From positions 32,001 to 96,000 of the IMG/VR virus record IMGVR_UViG_3300028048_000061: DNA of 64,000 bases. The stretch is one strand, 5' to 3'. The position numbers were made by a program, and so were the translations under genes. The notes beneath the pieces are model-generated. The model saw nothing but the letters and a program-made list of their open reading frames with translations. It made no database searches and was not told the DNA's origin. Shown piece by piece: positions 55,431 through 64,000 of this stretch. Source of the DNA: a virus. Each line of letters opens with the position of its first letter. Within the stretch, counting starts at the first letter, position 1.

Positions 55431-56006
55431 TTACCACACCTCTTGACCACCAAATGATTGTATCATCAATGCTAATCTGTTCTTATTAAAGAAACGATTT
55501 GGTTTTGCAAAAACACCTTTGATAGGATATTTATATTCAAAATCTTCAAACTCTACGAATATCAATGAATCTGGTTCTACGATACCTAATATCAAATTTC
55601 TTAATTCATTGTCTGATTCAAAAGATACAACTCCTTTTTTTAATTCAATGCTATTAATATCAAAAGAGCCGTAAGTATTTTGAGAATTTGTTAAGTCAAT
55701 AAATTCTATTTTTCCACGTTCAATACTAAAAACGATTTTAAAAATACTTTGATAAGAAAACATAGTTAAAATAATTGATGCTAAATCGCATAAATTATCA
55801 TAAAAATTAATGTCTTTTCTTAAAAATCTTTCCACAACAGCTGAAGAAATGTTGGGGCAAATAACCAAGGTGAAATTTTCACAAGTCATCATTCCTTCAT
55901 TTTCATCCATTTTAAAGCAAGATTGAGAACAAGTCTCTTTGCTTTTTATAGAATCACTTTTTTTCTTTGGCTCATAATTTAAACAAAAATCACAAAGATT
56001 ATTCAT
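55431..56006 (-). CDS. Hypothetical protein with a Cys-rich N-terminus and a possible clamp-like domain
   Basis: CDFC..C..C..C followed by an alpha/beta segment; fold speculative. Confidence 0.4.
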   Translation of the reverse strand: MNNLCDFCLNYEPKKKSDSIKSKETCSQSCFKMDENEGMMTCENFTLVICPNISSAVVERFLRKDINFYDNLCDLASIILTMFSYQSIFKIVFSIERGKIEFIDLTNSQNTYGSFDINSIELKKGVVSFESDNELRNLILGIVEPDSLIFVEFEDFEYKYPIKGVFAKPNRFFNKNRLALMIQSFGGQEVW

Positions 56007-56517
56007 CGAAAACATCCTCCCTAGACATAATGCTTAAATAAGGCCTTTGCTTATTCAATGATAATTTAAAAATCAAATCATCTTCATCTAATAAATTATA
56101 GACACCAATGTATTCGCTATGTAATAAATTAATTTGGTCTATAAAAATCTTTATCTCTTTATCTTGAATATGAATTTCAGACCCTGTACAAGGACATATA
56201 AACTCTGCACAATCATTTACAAAATCAATAAAATAACTAATATTATCGTCTTGGGGAGCAGACTCTCTTAGTCTTGTGTTTGCAATAATTAATTGAGGAT
56301 TATTTTCATTGAAGAAAACTGTATCAGGAGAGAATACGTCCCTAAATTTATTAATTTCATTAACAAGCAACATAGAAACACCGTGTTGAATATAAATAGA
56401 AAACTCATCTGGAGTAACAGCAATATAATCTATAACACCAGCTCCACCTAAAATTTCTTCTATATCATTCACGAATGCCAATAATTTTTTTACGCTATAT
56501 TTTCTTTTTTCTTTCAT
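55999..56517 (-). CDS. Hypothetical protein with an internal duplication
   Basis: FVNDIEEI..IAVTPDEFSIYI / FVNDCAEF..IHIQDKEIKIFI. Confidence 0.45.
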   Translation of the reverse strand: MKEKRKYSVKKLLAFVNDIEEILGGAGVIDYIAVTPDEFSIYIQHGVSMLLVNEINKFRDVFSPDTVFFNENNPQLIIANTRLRESAPQDDNISYFIDFVNDCAEFICPCTGSEIHIQDKEIKIFIDQINLLHSEYIGVYNLLDEDDLIFKLSLNKQRPYLSIMSREDVFDE

Positions 56518-56671
56518 CTTTAATCTCCTTGTCTATCTTATTATTTGTTGCTTTTCTACAACCCTTCTCTCTATGACAATCTGCTATATTACAATCAGTT
56601 AGTGAAATAACCTTTTGTTTTTTATAACAAAAACATTTATTTTCCTTTAATAAATTTAAATATGAAGTCAT
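56495..56671 (-). CDS. Small Cys-rich protein
   Basis: CFC..C..C..C; start refined. Confidence 0.4.
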   Translation of the reverse strand: MTSYLNLLKENKCFCYKKQKVISLTDCNIADCHREKGCRKATNNKIDKEIKDERKKKI

Positions 56672-56672
56672 T

Positions 56673-57008
56673 TTAGTCCTCTTTGATATCATCAGAGTAA
56701 TCATATTCTACATCACTATTATCTAAATAATTAGTAATAGCTGTGATATAAACATCTCTAATTTTATCCCCACTTGTCTCTTTTCTTTCTCTAACCCTTT
56801 TTGTAAAGGATTCTTCAACATTCAAGCATAATACGCACATATTCTCACCTAATTCTGGTCGTGATGTCGCATATGTTAATTCATTATTATCCAATATCTT
56901 GTTTACTTCTTCTATTAATGCGTCTTTCATAGTTATTTGATTAATGGAACAAGCAATTTTAAATGCTTGTCTTAATTCTGTACTCATTTCAATTGCTATT
57001 TTTTTCAT
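56673..57008 (-). CDS. Tandem ribbon-helix-helix-like DNA-binding protein
   Basis: KKIAIEMSTELRQAFKIAC..TMKDALIE and LCLNVEESF..IRDVYITAI. Confidence 0.55.
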   Translation of the reverse strand: MKKIAIEMSTELRQAFKIACSINQITMKDALIEEVNKILDNNELTYATSRPELGENMCVLCLNVEESFTKRVRERKETSGDKIRDVYITAITNYLDNSDVEYDYSDDIKED

Positions 57009-57012
57009 TTAA

Positions 57013-58803
57013 TCACCTTAAAGCTATTGCTTCGTTTTTTAATAACCTTTCACATATAGGACGAATTTCCTTATATGCATCATTTGGCAAATTTTTATAT
57101 AATTCTGTTAATTTTACTACTGTTGGCTTATCCATCTTTTTTATTTCTCCTAAAACCACTTGTTCATTAAATCTTTCATTCTCATAGCTTTTTCGTTTAT
57201 CTGGAGATAGTCTAGTCTCATCTAAAATGATAATCTCTTTGTTAATCCAACTATCTACAAATCCTTCAAGCATATATCCAGTAACCAAAGAGCTTTTTCC
57301 CAATAAGGAATCAATATCTGAATCAATCAAATAAGTATCTCCCCAATCATTTGGAGACCTCACAATTCTTCCATACATTTGAGAAAGCACTTTAGACCTC
57401 AATTCAAAAATCCAATGAAAATCAGATACTCTATCTCTTGCTTCATACTGATTATTTCCAAACATATTTGGGAATGGATTTTTTGCAATAATCTGAAATC
57501 TTGCTAAATCATCTTTAAAGTCAACACCTTCAAATGAATAAGGAGACACAAGAATTTTGGGCTCATCAGATTCAATAAATCTTTGTGTTTGACTTTGTCT
57601 ATTTTTTGAGTTATGAAAAATAAACCTATCATTTGTCCTTAACCTATCCTCAATCATTTTGCTAATAACATAAGTGTAAGTGTGTACAACACCTTTTTCA
57701 TTAGGATACTTTTCCGCAATTTCAAGAATCTTTGCAACAATATTATCAATATTTGCATTTCTGTTTTTCAAACTCATACTCCCAGCATATTCCTTATAAA
57801 TGGGTCGTTGAATTGGCTTAATAATAGAAGGAACCTCAATAATATGAGAATCACTTAAATCTAATCCTAATGTTTCACAGAAACTATGATTTTTTAATAT
57901 ACTTCCAGACATAAGCAGTCTAGTTCTTCCAAAAGAAAGCAATGATTTATCAGCATATTTATTGATAAGAATAGGTTTAAACAATAAATTTGCATTGTCT
58001 GTATCAATAACCCAATTTTCTGGACTTTCTCTCATCAAGTATGCTGTTGTTTTATATTTCTCATATTTAGATATAAATGCATCACTCTTTTCCTTGTTGC
58101 CTTTATTTAATTCTTTTTTAGCTGCGTCCTTGTATATGTCTCCAATTTCAAGGAAAATATCACTCCATAATTGAATATCTTTTAAATTAACATTTATATT
58201 ATATTTAATATCATTATATAATTGTCTCGGAGATATTTCAACTTCAAGAAAACCCATCAATTCTGCTTCGATATTGTGTGCCTCATCAAAAACTGCAAAA
58301 TCACGTGGCAAAAAGTGCTTGACAAAGCTACGGTCAATTAGCCCAAAAGCATAATTGATAATTGATATTGGGGCATTAATTGCTTCTATCTTTTGAACCC
58401 AATAAGGACAAGAATCATCTCTGTCTTTTTTTAGCTCTAAACTTGAATCCACAGCATTAGGACAAGAAAAACCACATATCTCTTTACAACTACCTTTATC
58501 ACAAGTTCTTTTGTTGTGTATACAATCAAAATTATTTCTTCCTTTGACTGTTTTTAGCTGTGGAAAGTCGCGTAAATATTGGTTTTGCAAAAACTTTGTT
58601 GAAGTAAATATAAGGCTGTTTTTTTCTTTTTCACATCTCAAATATTCTGCAACTGTATATGCAATAAGAGATTTTCCACTTGCAACTGGAGCTTTAAGAA
58701 TGATATTAGGAACTTCTGTATCTTCTATTTCAATAATTTCTTTAATAACGTCTTCTTGGTGTTCTCTAAAATCACCAAAAGGATTATATTGTTTTACATT
58801 CAT
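57013..58803 (-). CDS. DinG/XPD (Rad3)-family SF2 helicase
   Basis: FREHQ, APVASGKS, FDEAH, LMSGS, EGVDF..IIAKNPFP, QMYGRIVRSPNDWG; four Cys in the Fe-S region; start refined (RBS GAGGTGA). Confidence 0.9.
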   Translation of the reverse strand: MNVKQYNPFGDFREHQEDVIKEIIEIEDTEVPNIILKAPVASGKSLIAYTVAEYLRCEKEKNSLIFTSTKFLQNQYLRDFPQLKTVKGRNNFDCIHNKRTCDKGSCKEICGFSCPNAVDSSLELKKDRDDSCPYWVQKIEAINAPISIINYAFGLIDRSFVKHFLPRDFAVFDEAHNIEAELMGFLEVEISPRQLYNDIKYNINVNLKDIQLWSDIFLEIGDIYKDAAKKELNKGNKEKSDAFISKYEKYKTTAYLMRESPENWVIDTDNANLLFKPILINKYADKSLLSFGRTRLLMSGSILKNHSFCETLGLDLSDSHIIEVPSIIKPIQRPIYKEYAGSMSLKNRNANIDNIVAKILEIAEKYPNEKGVVHTYTYVISKMIEDRLRTNDRFIFHNSKNRQSQTQRFIESDEPKILVSPYSFEGVDFKDDLARFQIIAKNPFPNMFGNNQYEARDRVSDFHWIFELRSKVLSQMYGRIVRSPNDWGDTYLIDSDIDSLLGKSSLVTGYMLEGFVDSWINKEIIILDETRLSPDKRKSYENERFNEQVVLGEIKKMDKPTVVKLTELYKNLPNDAYKEIRPICERLLKNEAIALR

Positions 58804-58829
58804 AAGCATCACCTCGTACACATATATTT

Positions 58830-58852
58830 ATTTTTTATAGTATATAAATGTT
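58830..58852 (-). promoter_or_regulatory. Conserved viral promoter motif (copy 2)
   Basis: Exact 23-bp copy, upstream of the helicase. Confidence 0.8.
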
Positions 58853-61229
58853 ATACTATAATGGATTGTCCATTTTTCTTCTCAACAATAATGACATTTG
58901 TGGCAGCGTTTTCTAACTCTGCATCGTGAGTGATAATAATCATTTGTGGAACAAGAGAAATGCTTTGAATCACATTAACAAATTCTTGCTTTCTAAATCC
59001 ATCAAGATAAGTTGTCGGCTCGTCTAACAAGATAGTCTCAATTACATTAGCAGTAATTGCACTAGCAATTCCTAATCTTAAAGATAACGCAATAGCAATT
59101 TTTTCTCCACCACTCGCCATTGATATATCGCTTTCTCCAGATGGACCAACGATATTGATGTCATAATCTTCAGATAAAACTAGTCCAGAATAATCAAAAT
59201 CAAATTTACTAAAGAAATCTTGAGTATATTTTTCAATCTGCGGCCTAAATGCTAATCTGATATCCTTTTGAAGGCCATCTTTTGAATAAATTTCACGAAT
59301 ATCTTTTAAAAACTTAATAAACTCATCTAATTTCTTGACTTGTTCTTTATTTAATTTATTTTGCTTGATTTTATCGTCAAGAGTTTTAATTTGAGATTCT
59401 GTATATTTAATATTGTTCTCAAGCTGGCCGACTTCCTTCACTAAAGGATAATATTGATTATGCAATTGAGATTGCTGTGCTTGATACTGTTGTAACAAGT
59501 CAGAGTCAAAACCTATACTTAAAATATCTTGATTAACTTCCTCTAATAAAGCTTCTTTTTCAGAATATTGTTTTAATAAGTTTTCGTGTTTTTCTCTCAT
59601 ATCTTGTTGGCTTTGAACAATTAATTTTGCTTGCTCATAGTCCTTATTCTTTGCCAATAAGGTATTATAAATATTATGAATGTCATATTCTTTTTCTAAA
59701 TAATTATCGTCAAGCTCTAATTCTTCTGCTATCTTTTTCATTGTCATGTCCAAATCTGATATAGATTGTTTTTGTTCAGAAACATTTTGTTGAATCTTAT
59801 CAATCATATCTGTAGATATGACACCTTTTTCAATTTGAGAAACAAACGCTTGTTTTTCTTTTAACATTTCTGATAATTCATTATACTCTGTCTTTAAAAC
59901 AACAAGTTCTTTATTTCTCTTCTCTAGCTTATCTGTATCCTCTGCAATCAAGGCAGAATAGTTATCAATCATCTCTTGTTTGTGTTCATCATCAATCTGA
60001 GACTGACAAATAGGGCAAACACTTTGAACAGTATTTAAAGAATCAATAATCTCATTATTATTTGCTATAAGTGTATTTAAAACACTAATTTTAGCTGATA
60101 AATTCTTGATTTGTTCATCAATATTGTTTTTTGCATTGAGAGTTTGTTCATAATCTTTGCCAACAATCTCTTGTAATTTCAAAAATCCTTGCTTATCATA
60201 ATTATCTATTCCAACAATATTGTCAATTTTATATATTTCACAAATATTATTGATAAAATAAATATCAGCAAGAGCTTCTTCAAGTTCAATTGACACAGTA
60301 TGATAATCGTGAACATACTGTTTTCTTGTTTCCAAAGAATTTACAAGGCCTTCATATACCTTGATTGTCTCTTCAATCCCTTTGTTTTCATCGATAAAAT
60401 CTTCATATTGTTTGATATTTTGAGTATATTTATTTGCCTCTTCAATATCTTTTGACAACAACTCAAGCTCTCCTAATAAACGTTGTTGTGTAATATGAGA
60501 TTGATGAAATTTTACACTAAGAGCGTTTTGTTCATTTACTTTCTCTTTTATATCAGACATTTGTTTTTGCAATATATCCAATGCATTGCTTTTGTCATCA
60601 AATTGACTTTTTAAAGAGTTTTTTTCTTCAATCAAAGCATCTTTATTATCTGCAATGCTATCATCTATAAGACCATTAAGCTGTGTTCGTTTCAATTCAT
60701 AATTTGAAATTACATTTGCTATATCTTTATATGAAGTCTCCAAATTATCTAATCTTAATAATTTAGAGATATTTTTCTTACGTTCAGATGCCTTTTGTGT
60801 AACAAGACTATCAATTTCCCCTTGTCTAATATAAATCGCGTTCAAGAACAAATCTGCATCTATTTCCAATAACTCTTCAATATAATTATTAACCTCTTTA
60901 TCTCCAGATACAACACTATTATAATTGTTTTCTTGTAAAACAAACAACTCTGCTGTTGATTTCTTTTGGCTACGAGTTCTTTTGACTTTATATTCTTGAT
61001 TGCCAATCAAAAAAGATAAAGTTACAATCATACTATCTGATTGTGTATTTATCAAGTCATTTAATGACTTTGTATTATATTTTTTATACAATGCAAAGTT
61101 AATGCCTTCAAAGATAGATGATTTTCCAGCTCCATTATCACCCAATATGATTGTAGTACCTTTATTAAACTCAATTTCTGTATTTATATGTGACTTAAAA
61201 TTCTGTAGCGTCAATTTTTTAAAAATCAT
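58851..61229 (-). CDS. rad50: Rad50/SbcC ATPase
   Basis: NFKSH, GDNGAGKSS, YIRQGEI, CPIC zinc hook, SGGEK, LLDEPT. Confidence 0.95.
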   Translation of the reverse strand: MIFKKLTLQNFKSHINTEIEFNKGTTIILGDNGAGKSSIFEGINFALYKKYNTKSLNDLINTQSDSMIVTLSFLIGNQEYKVKRTRSQKKSTAELFVLQENNYNSVVSGDKEVNNYIEELLEIDADLFLNAIYIRQGEIDSLVTQKASERKKNISKLLRLDNLETSYKDIANVISNYELKRTQLNGLIDDSIADNKDALIEEKNSLKSQFDDKSNALDILQKQMSDIKEKVNEQNALSVKFHQSHITQQRLLGELELLSKDIEEANKYTQNIKQYEDFIDENKGIEETIKVYEGLVNSLETRKQYVHDYHTVSIELEEALADIYFINNICEIYKIDNIVGIDNYDKQGFLKLQEIVGKDYEQTLNAKNNIDEQIKNLSAKISVLNTLIANNNEIIDSLNTVQSVCPICQSQIDDEHKQEMIDNYSALIAEDTDKLEKRNKELVVLKTEYNELSEMLKEKQAFVSQIEKGVISTDMIDKIQQNVSEQKQSISDLDMTMKKIAEELELDDNYLEKEYDIHNIYNTLLAKNKDYEQAKLIVQSQQDMREKHENLLKQYSEKEALLEEVNQDILSIGFDSDLLQQYQAQQSQLHNQYYPLVKEVGQLENNIKYTESQIKTLDDKIKQNKLNKEQVKKLDEFIKFLKDIREIYSKDGLQKDIRLAFRPQIEKYTQDFFSKFDFDYSGLVLSEDYDINIVGPSGESDISMASGGEKIAIALSLRLGIASAITANVIETILLDEPTTYLDGFRKQEFVNVIQSISLVPQMIIITHDAELENAATNVIIVEKKNGQSIIV

Positions 61230-61534
61230 TATTTACCCATCCTATCTTTCATTTTTCTTTTTGCCTCTTGTCTTTTATAATCAAGATTTTTGTCATTAAT
61301 AGGGTGCCCCATGATTATTTGGTATTCTTCCCAACTATGCAAAATGATTTGCTCTTTTCCTTCAAAGAAATCAGCAACCTCATCTTTAGGAATCACCTGA
61401 AATTGATGAAAATCATTATCCAATGATTTTAAAATTTTTATTGTCAAATCAATATTATTAGTCAATACATACTCATTTTTTAAATTCACTATCTGATATA
61501 CATTATCGTTTGCTAAATTTACCCATTTGTTCAT
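61229..61534 (-). CDS. Hypothetical protein
   Basis: ORF with RBS GAGGT; stop overlaps the rad50 start. Confidence 0.5.
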   Translation of the reverse strand: MNKWVNLANDNVYQIVNLKNEYVLTNNIDLTIKILKSLDNDFHQFQVIPKDEVADFFEGKEQIILHSWEEYQIIMGHPINDKNLDYKRQEAKRKMKDRMGK

Positions 61535-61583
61535 ATAAATACCTCATTTATTTCTATGTTTTTCATCATCAATAAAAAAAAGA

Positions 61584-61835
61584 TTATAAATAATTTATAA
61601 TCTTAATGTTGCAAAATTTTTCAACAAACTGTGTTCCATATTCTCTTGCAATATTTACACCAATTTTTGATTCCAAATTACGAAATAGCTGTTGTTCTGG
61701 ATTTAACTTGTGAATAGCACATATAATATCAATTTTATCTTGCTCTACGTCATATCCAGTCCATACATCTTCAAATTCGTCATAACATTTTCCAACAATC
61801 TTTCCAATTTTTACAATACTAATATTATCTTTCAT
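61584..61835 (-). CDS. Hypothetical protein
   Basis: RBS AGGTGA; downstream of promoter copy 3. Confidence 0.5.
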   Translation of the reverse strand: MKDNISIVKIGKIVGKCYDEFEDVWTGYDVEQDKIDIICAIHKLNPEQQLFRNLESKIGVNIAREYGTQFVEKFCNIKIINYL

Positions 61836-61872
61836 AACAATCACCTTTTGTTTTTTTTGTAAATAATATTAT

Positions 61873-61895
61873 ATTTTTTATAGTATATAAATGTT
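61873..61895 (-). promoter_or_regulatory. Conserved viral promoter motif (copy 3)
   Basis: Exact 23-bp copy (28 bp identical to copy 1). Confidence 0.8.
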
Positions 61896-61896
61896 T

Positions 61897-62415
61897 TCAT
61901 AAATTGCTATAAAAGACAGGCCATTTTTGAGAACATAAGGAAATGATATCCAAGCAAGCGTGATGAACGCTCATATTGTTCTCCACAATGTTAATATTTG
62001 AACAAGAATCAGGAATCACTTGATTTAGATTACGGCCAGCTCGGTCCTTATCGATATCGATATTATCGCGTTTCAATCGAACAATCAAAACATCTTCTTT
62101 ATTGAAATAGTTGATGACATCTAACGCGCCTTTATCATCAACAGTATAGATATTTATAACATCCTCATTGAATTGTTCAGGAAATGAGCAATAAATCTCG
62201 CCATTGATAATAGTGGAAGCTACAAAATCCTCATTAAACATTTTATATAGCAAATTGTGTTTTCTTACGAAAATATGGTCCTTATCATTAATGTTTCTGC
62301 GAAAACGAGTTGTATAAGACTTGACTATATTAAAATAATTATAATCGTTTTGCAATGCCTTGGAAATTGTTGTCTTTCCAGAACCAGAGTCCCCCAAAAG
62401 TAATAAAATCATCAT
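61897..62415 (-). CDS. Guanylate kinase-like P-loop kinase
   Basis: GDSGSGKTT, SYTTR..R, HIFV, YTVD..G motifs; start refined. Confidence 0.75.
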   Translation of the reverse strand: MMILLLLGDSGSGKTTISKALQNDYNYFNIVKSYTTRFRRNINDKDHIFVRKHNLLYKMFNEDFVASTIINGEIYCSFPEQFNEDVINIYTVDDKGALDVINYFNKEDVLIVRLKRDNIDIDKDRAGRNLNQVIPDSCSNINIVENNMSVHHACLDIISLCSQKWPVFYSNL

Positions 62416-62510
62416 TCGTGCCACCCCCAATACTCGGTTGCCAATACAATAAGAGCAACGCATAACATTCCAATAAATAATAATAAATAAATTCCTGTTA
62501 ATGTATTCAT
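62412..62510 (-). CDS. 32-aa single-TM peptide (not in ORF track)
   Basis: MNTLTGIYLLLFIGMLCVALIVLATEYWGWHE; ATGA overlap with the kinase. Confidence 0.4.
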   Translation of the reverse strand: MNTLTGIYLLLFIGMLCVALIVLATEYWGWHE

Positions 62511-62929
62511 TCTCGTTTTTCTCCGTATTTTTTAATCAAATCTCTTTCGTTATTTACTAAATCTCCATTCATGTCAATATTTGCCTTTGCGATAGCAAAG
62601 ATATCTATATAATCGTGTAGATTTTGTATCTTATTATTAAGTTCATTGCATAATCTGCTAGATTCATTCATATAAAATGATAGTGTTTCATCAAGGCCAT
62701 CTAATTCTTGTGTCTCCTCGTTAAAATATAAAAAGCTAACGAGCTGGTCCATAACAAAAATTGATTGCTTGATTTCAGTAATCTCTTTCATCTTCTTATT
62801 AATTTGCTTCTTAATATTTTGAATATATTCTTCTTCCGTTTTCGATTTCAAAATAATTTTGATGCAGTTTCTTGAAACAGAATTATGATAAGTCTCTTCA
62901 AGATACTGCGCTAAATTGTTCTTCATCAA
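62507..62929 (-). CDS. Hypothetical coiled-coil protein
   Basis: ORF with RBS GAGGTGA. Confidence 0.5.
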   Translation of the reverse strand: MMKNNLAQYLEETYHNSVSRNCIKIILKSKTEEEYIQNIKKQINKKMKEITEIKQSIFVMDQLVSFLYFNEETQELDGLDETLSFYMNESSRLCNELNNKIQNLHDYIDIFAIAKANIDMNGDLVNNERDLIKKYGEKRE

Positions 62930-62935
62930 TTCACC

Positions 62936-63169
62936 TCATTCTGGCAACATTACATAAGCAGTTAGAATATTTTTTGCTTGTCTTAACCCAATCAAAATGT
63001 GTTGAATCTCCTCTTTACTATATTTTTGGTCTTTTCTACGTCTAAAATATCTTTCCTCTTCCATTTTGCGCTCATAATAAGCAATTTCTTTATCTAACAA
63101 AGCCCCATAATCTTGAAGCGTTTTAACTATACTATCACGCTCCCATTGAATGTTTGAATAGCAACGCAA
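62936..63169 (-). CDS. Hypothetical protein
   Basis: ORF in operon context; start uncertain. Confidence 0.45.
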   Translation of the reverse strand: MRCYSNIQWERDSIVKTLQDYGALLDKEIAYYERKMEEERYFRRRKDQKYSKEEIQHILIGLRQAKNILTAYVMLPE

Positions 63170-63363
63170 ATCAATATAAATACTAAAATTCCATGAAAAA
63201 TTGCCATTAAAATACTAACATTTTGAGCTATATTCTTTGCTGATTTGATATCAGCCCCTTGATTATGAAGTTTCCTGTAAATATATAAATTTGATGCGTA
63301 TTGCACAATAATACAGAAAACTATAATAACTAATATGATAACAATTAAATGCGATAATAACAT
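63127..63363 (-). CDS. Two-TM membrane protein
   Basis: Two hydrophobic segments. Confidence 0.5.
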   Translation of the reverse strand: MLLSHLIVIILVIIVFCIIVQYASNLYIYRKLHNQGADIKSAKNIAQNVSILMAIFHGILVFILICVAIQTFNGSVIV

Positions 63364-63365
63364 TT

Positions 63366-63584
63366 TTATTTACTCCTTAACATTCTTTTAAATTTATTAA
63401 CAAAAGCTTTTGCGTCTGACTTAAGATAATGCTTTTTTAGCTTTTTATCTTGTTGTTGCAACAATTCTTCTTCAAATTCAAAAACATTACTGTCTCCGTA
63501 AAAATTCCAAACCTTATCCTTATCAGCATCAGATAATATAAGGCCACGTCCCTTTTTGCAAATTTTTGATACTAATTTAGTCAT
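63366..63584 (-). CDS. Hypothetical protein
   Basis: ORF in operon context. Confidence 0.45.
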   Translation of the reverse strand: MTKLVSKICKKGRGLILSDADKDKVWNFYGDSNVFEFEEELLQQQDKKLKKHYLKSDAKAFVNKFKRMLRSK

Positions 63585-63777
63585 CGAGAATCTCTTCCAT
63601 ATAGAAAATATCGGCCGTATTATTTAATACAAGCTCTAAACAAGAGGAATCTGAAAAATACACAACAATATGTGTTGGGTCTTCGTCCTCTGATACCATA
63701 ATTTCTTCAATTGTTTTGCCAAGTAAGATTTGATGATTAAAAAAATCATCCTCTGTTATAAAATCATTCGTCGACAT
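63577..63777 (-). CDS. Hypothetical acidic protein
   Basis: ORF with RBS GGAG. Confidence 0.45.
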   Translation of the reverse strand: MSTNDFITEDDFFNHQILLGKTIEEIMVSEDEDPTHIVVYFSDSSCLELVLNNTADIFYMEEILDD

Positions 63778-63961
63778 CGTCTTCTTCTCCCGATATGATA
63801 ATATCGTTATTTAATAAATCAACTAAAAATCTTGAATTTAATAAAATACCACGAGCTCTGTTAGACCTATAATTCTGTAAACGTCTTTGTTTTGGTTCTT
63901 TAAGGCCATATTCTTCTTGATATTGTTTTAATTCTCCCCACACTCCTTGTATGGTCATCAT
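63764..63961 (-). CDS. Hypothetical protein
   Basis: ORF in operon context. Confidence 0.45.
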   Translation of the reverse strand: MMTIQGVWGELKQYQEEYGLKEPKQRRLQNYRSNRARGILLNSRFLVDLLNNDIIISGEEDDVDE

Positions 63962-64000
63962 AATATTTTCAGTATTTTTATAGATTTCACGAATGTTCTT

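Overview
AT-rich, densely coding segment of a large head-tail virus genome. The host is most likely a pseudomurein-walled methanogen (Methanobacteriales, e.g. Methanobrevibacter/Methanosphaera). Support: an endolysin with pseudomurein-binding repeats plus a C39-type peptidase, TTTATATA promoters, GGTGA/GGAGG ribosome-binding sites, and tRNAs without encoded CCA. The window has two converging halves. 1-36.7 kb (+): baseplate hub with a fused cysteine peptidase, a GIY-YIG homing endonuclease, repeat-rich tail-fibre genes, two BspA-type LRR proteins, a lysis cassette, baseplate J/gp25/gpI-like genes (suggesting a contractile tail) and about 18 kb of giant virion proteins. 36.9-64 kb (-): rubrerythrin, class III RNR (NrdD), dUTPase, an IS110-like domain, ERCC4 nuclease, a split bacterial-type family C polymerase (PHP + DnaE), Mre11, DinG/XPD helicase, Rad50 and a guanylate kinase-like protein. 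The most striking locus is 39.6-42.1 kb. There a DUF2828 (TROVE/Ro60-like + vWA) gene is bracketed by non-coding structured elements: an upstream promoter-proximal array of three terminally paired stem units sharing an RCAGCAA motif at the same offset, a downstream tRNA mimic with no anticodon loop, three tRNAs, and a possible RNA switch. I read this as a candidate viral Ro60/Y-RNA-like ribonucleoprotein system; that is inference, and no searches or folding were run. No capsid, terminase, integrase, reverse transcriptase or CRISPR array was recognised in the window.
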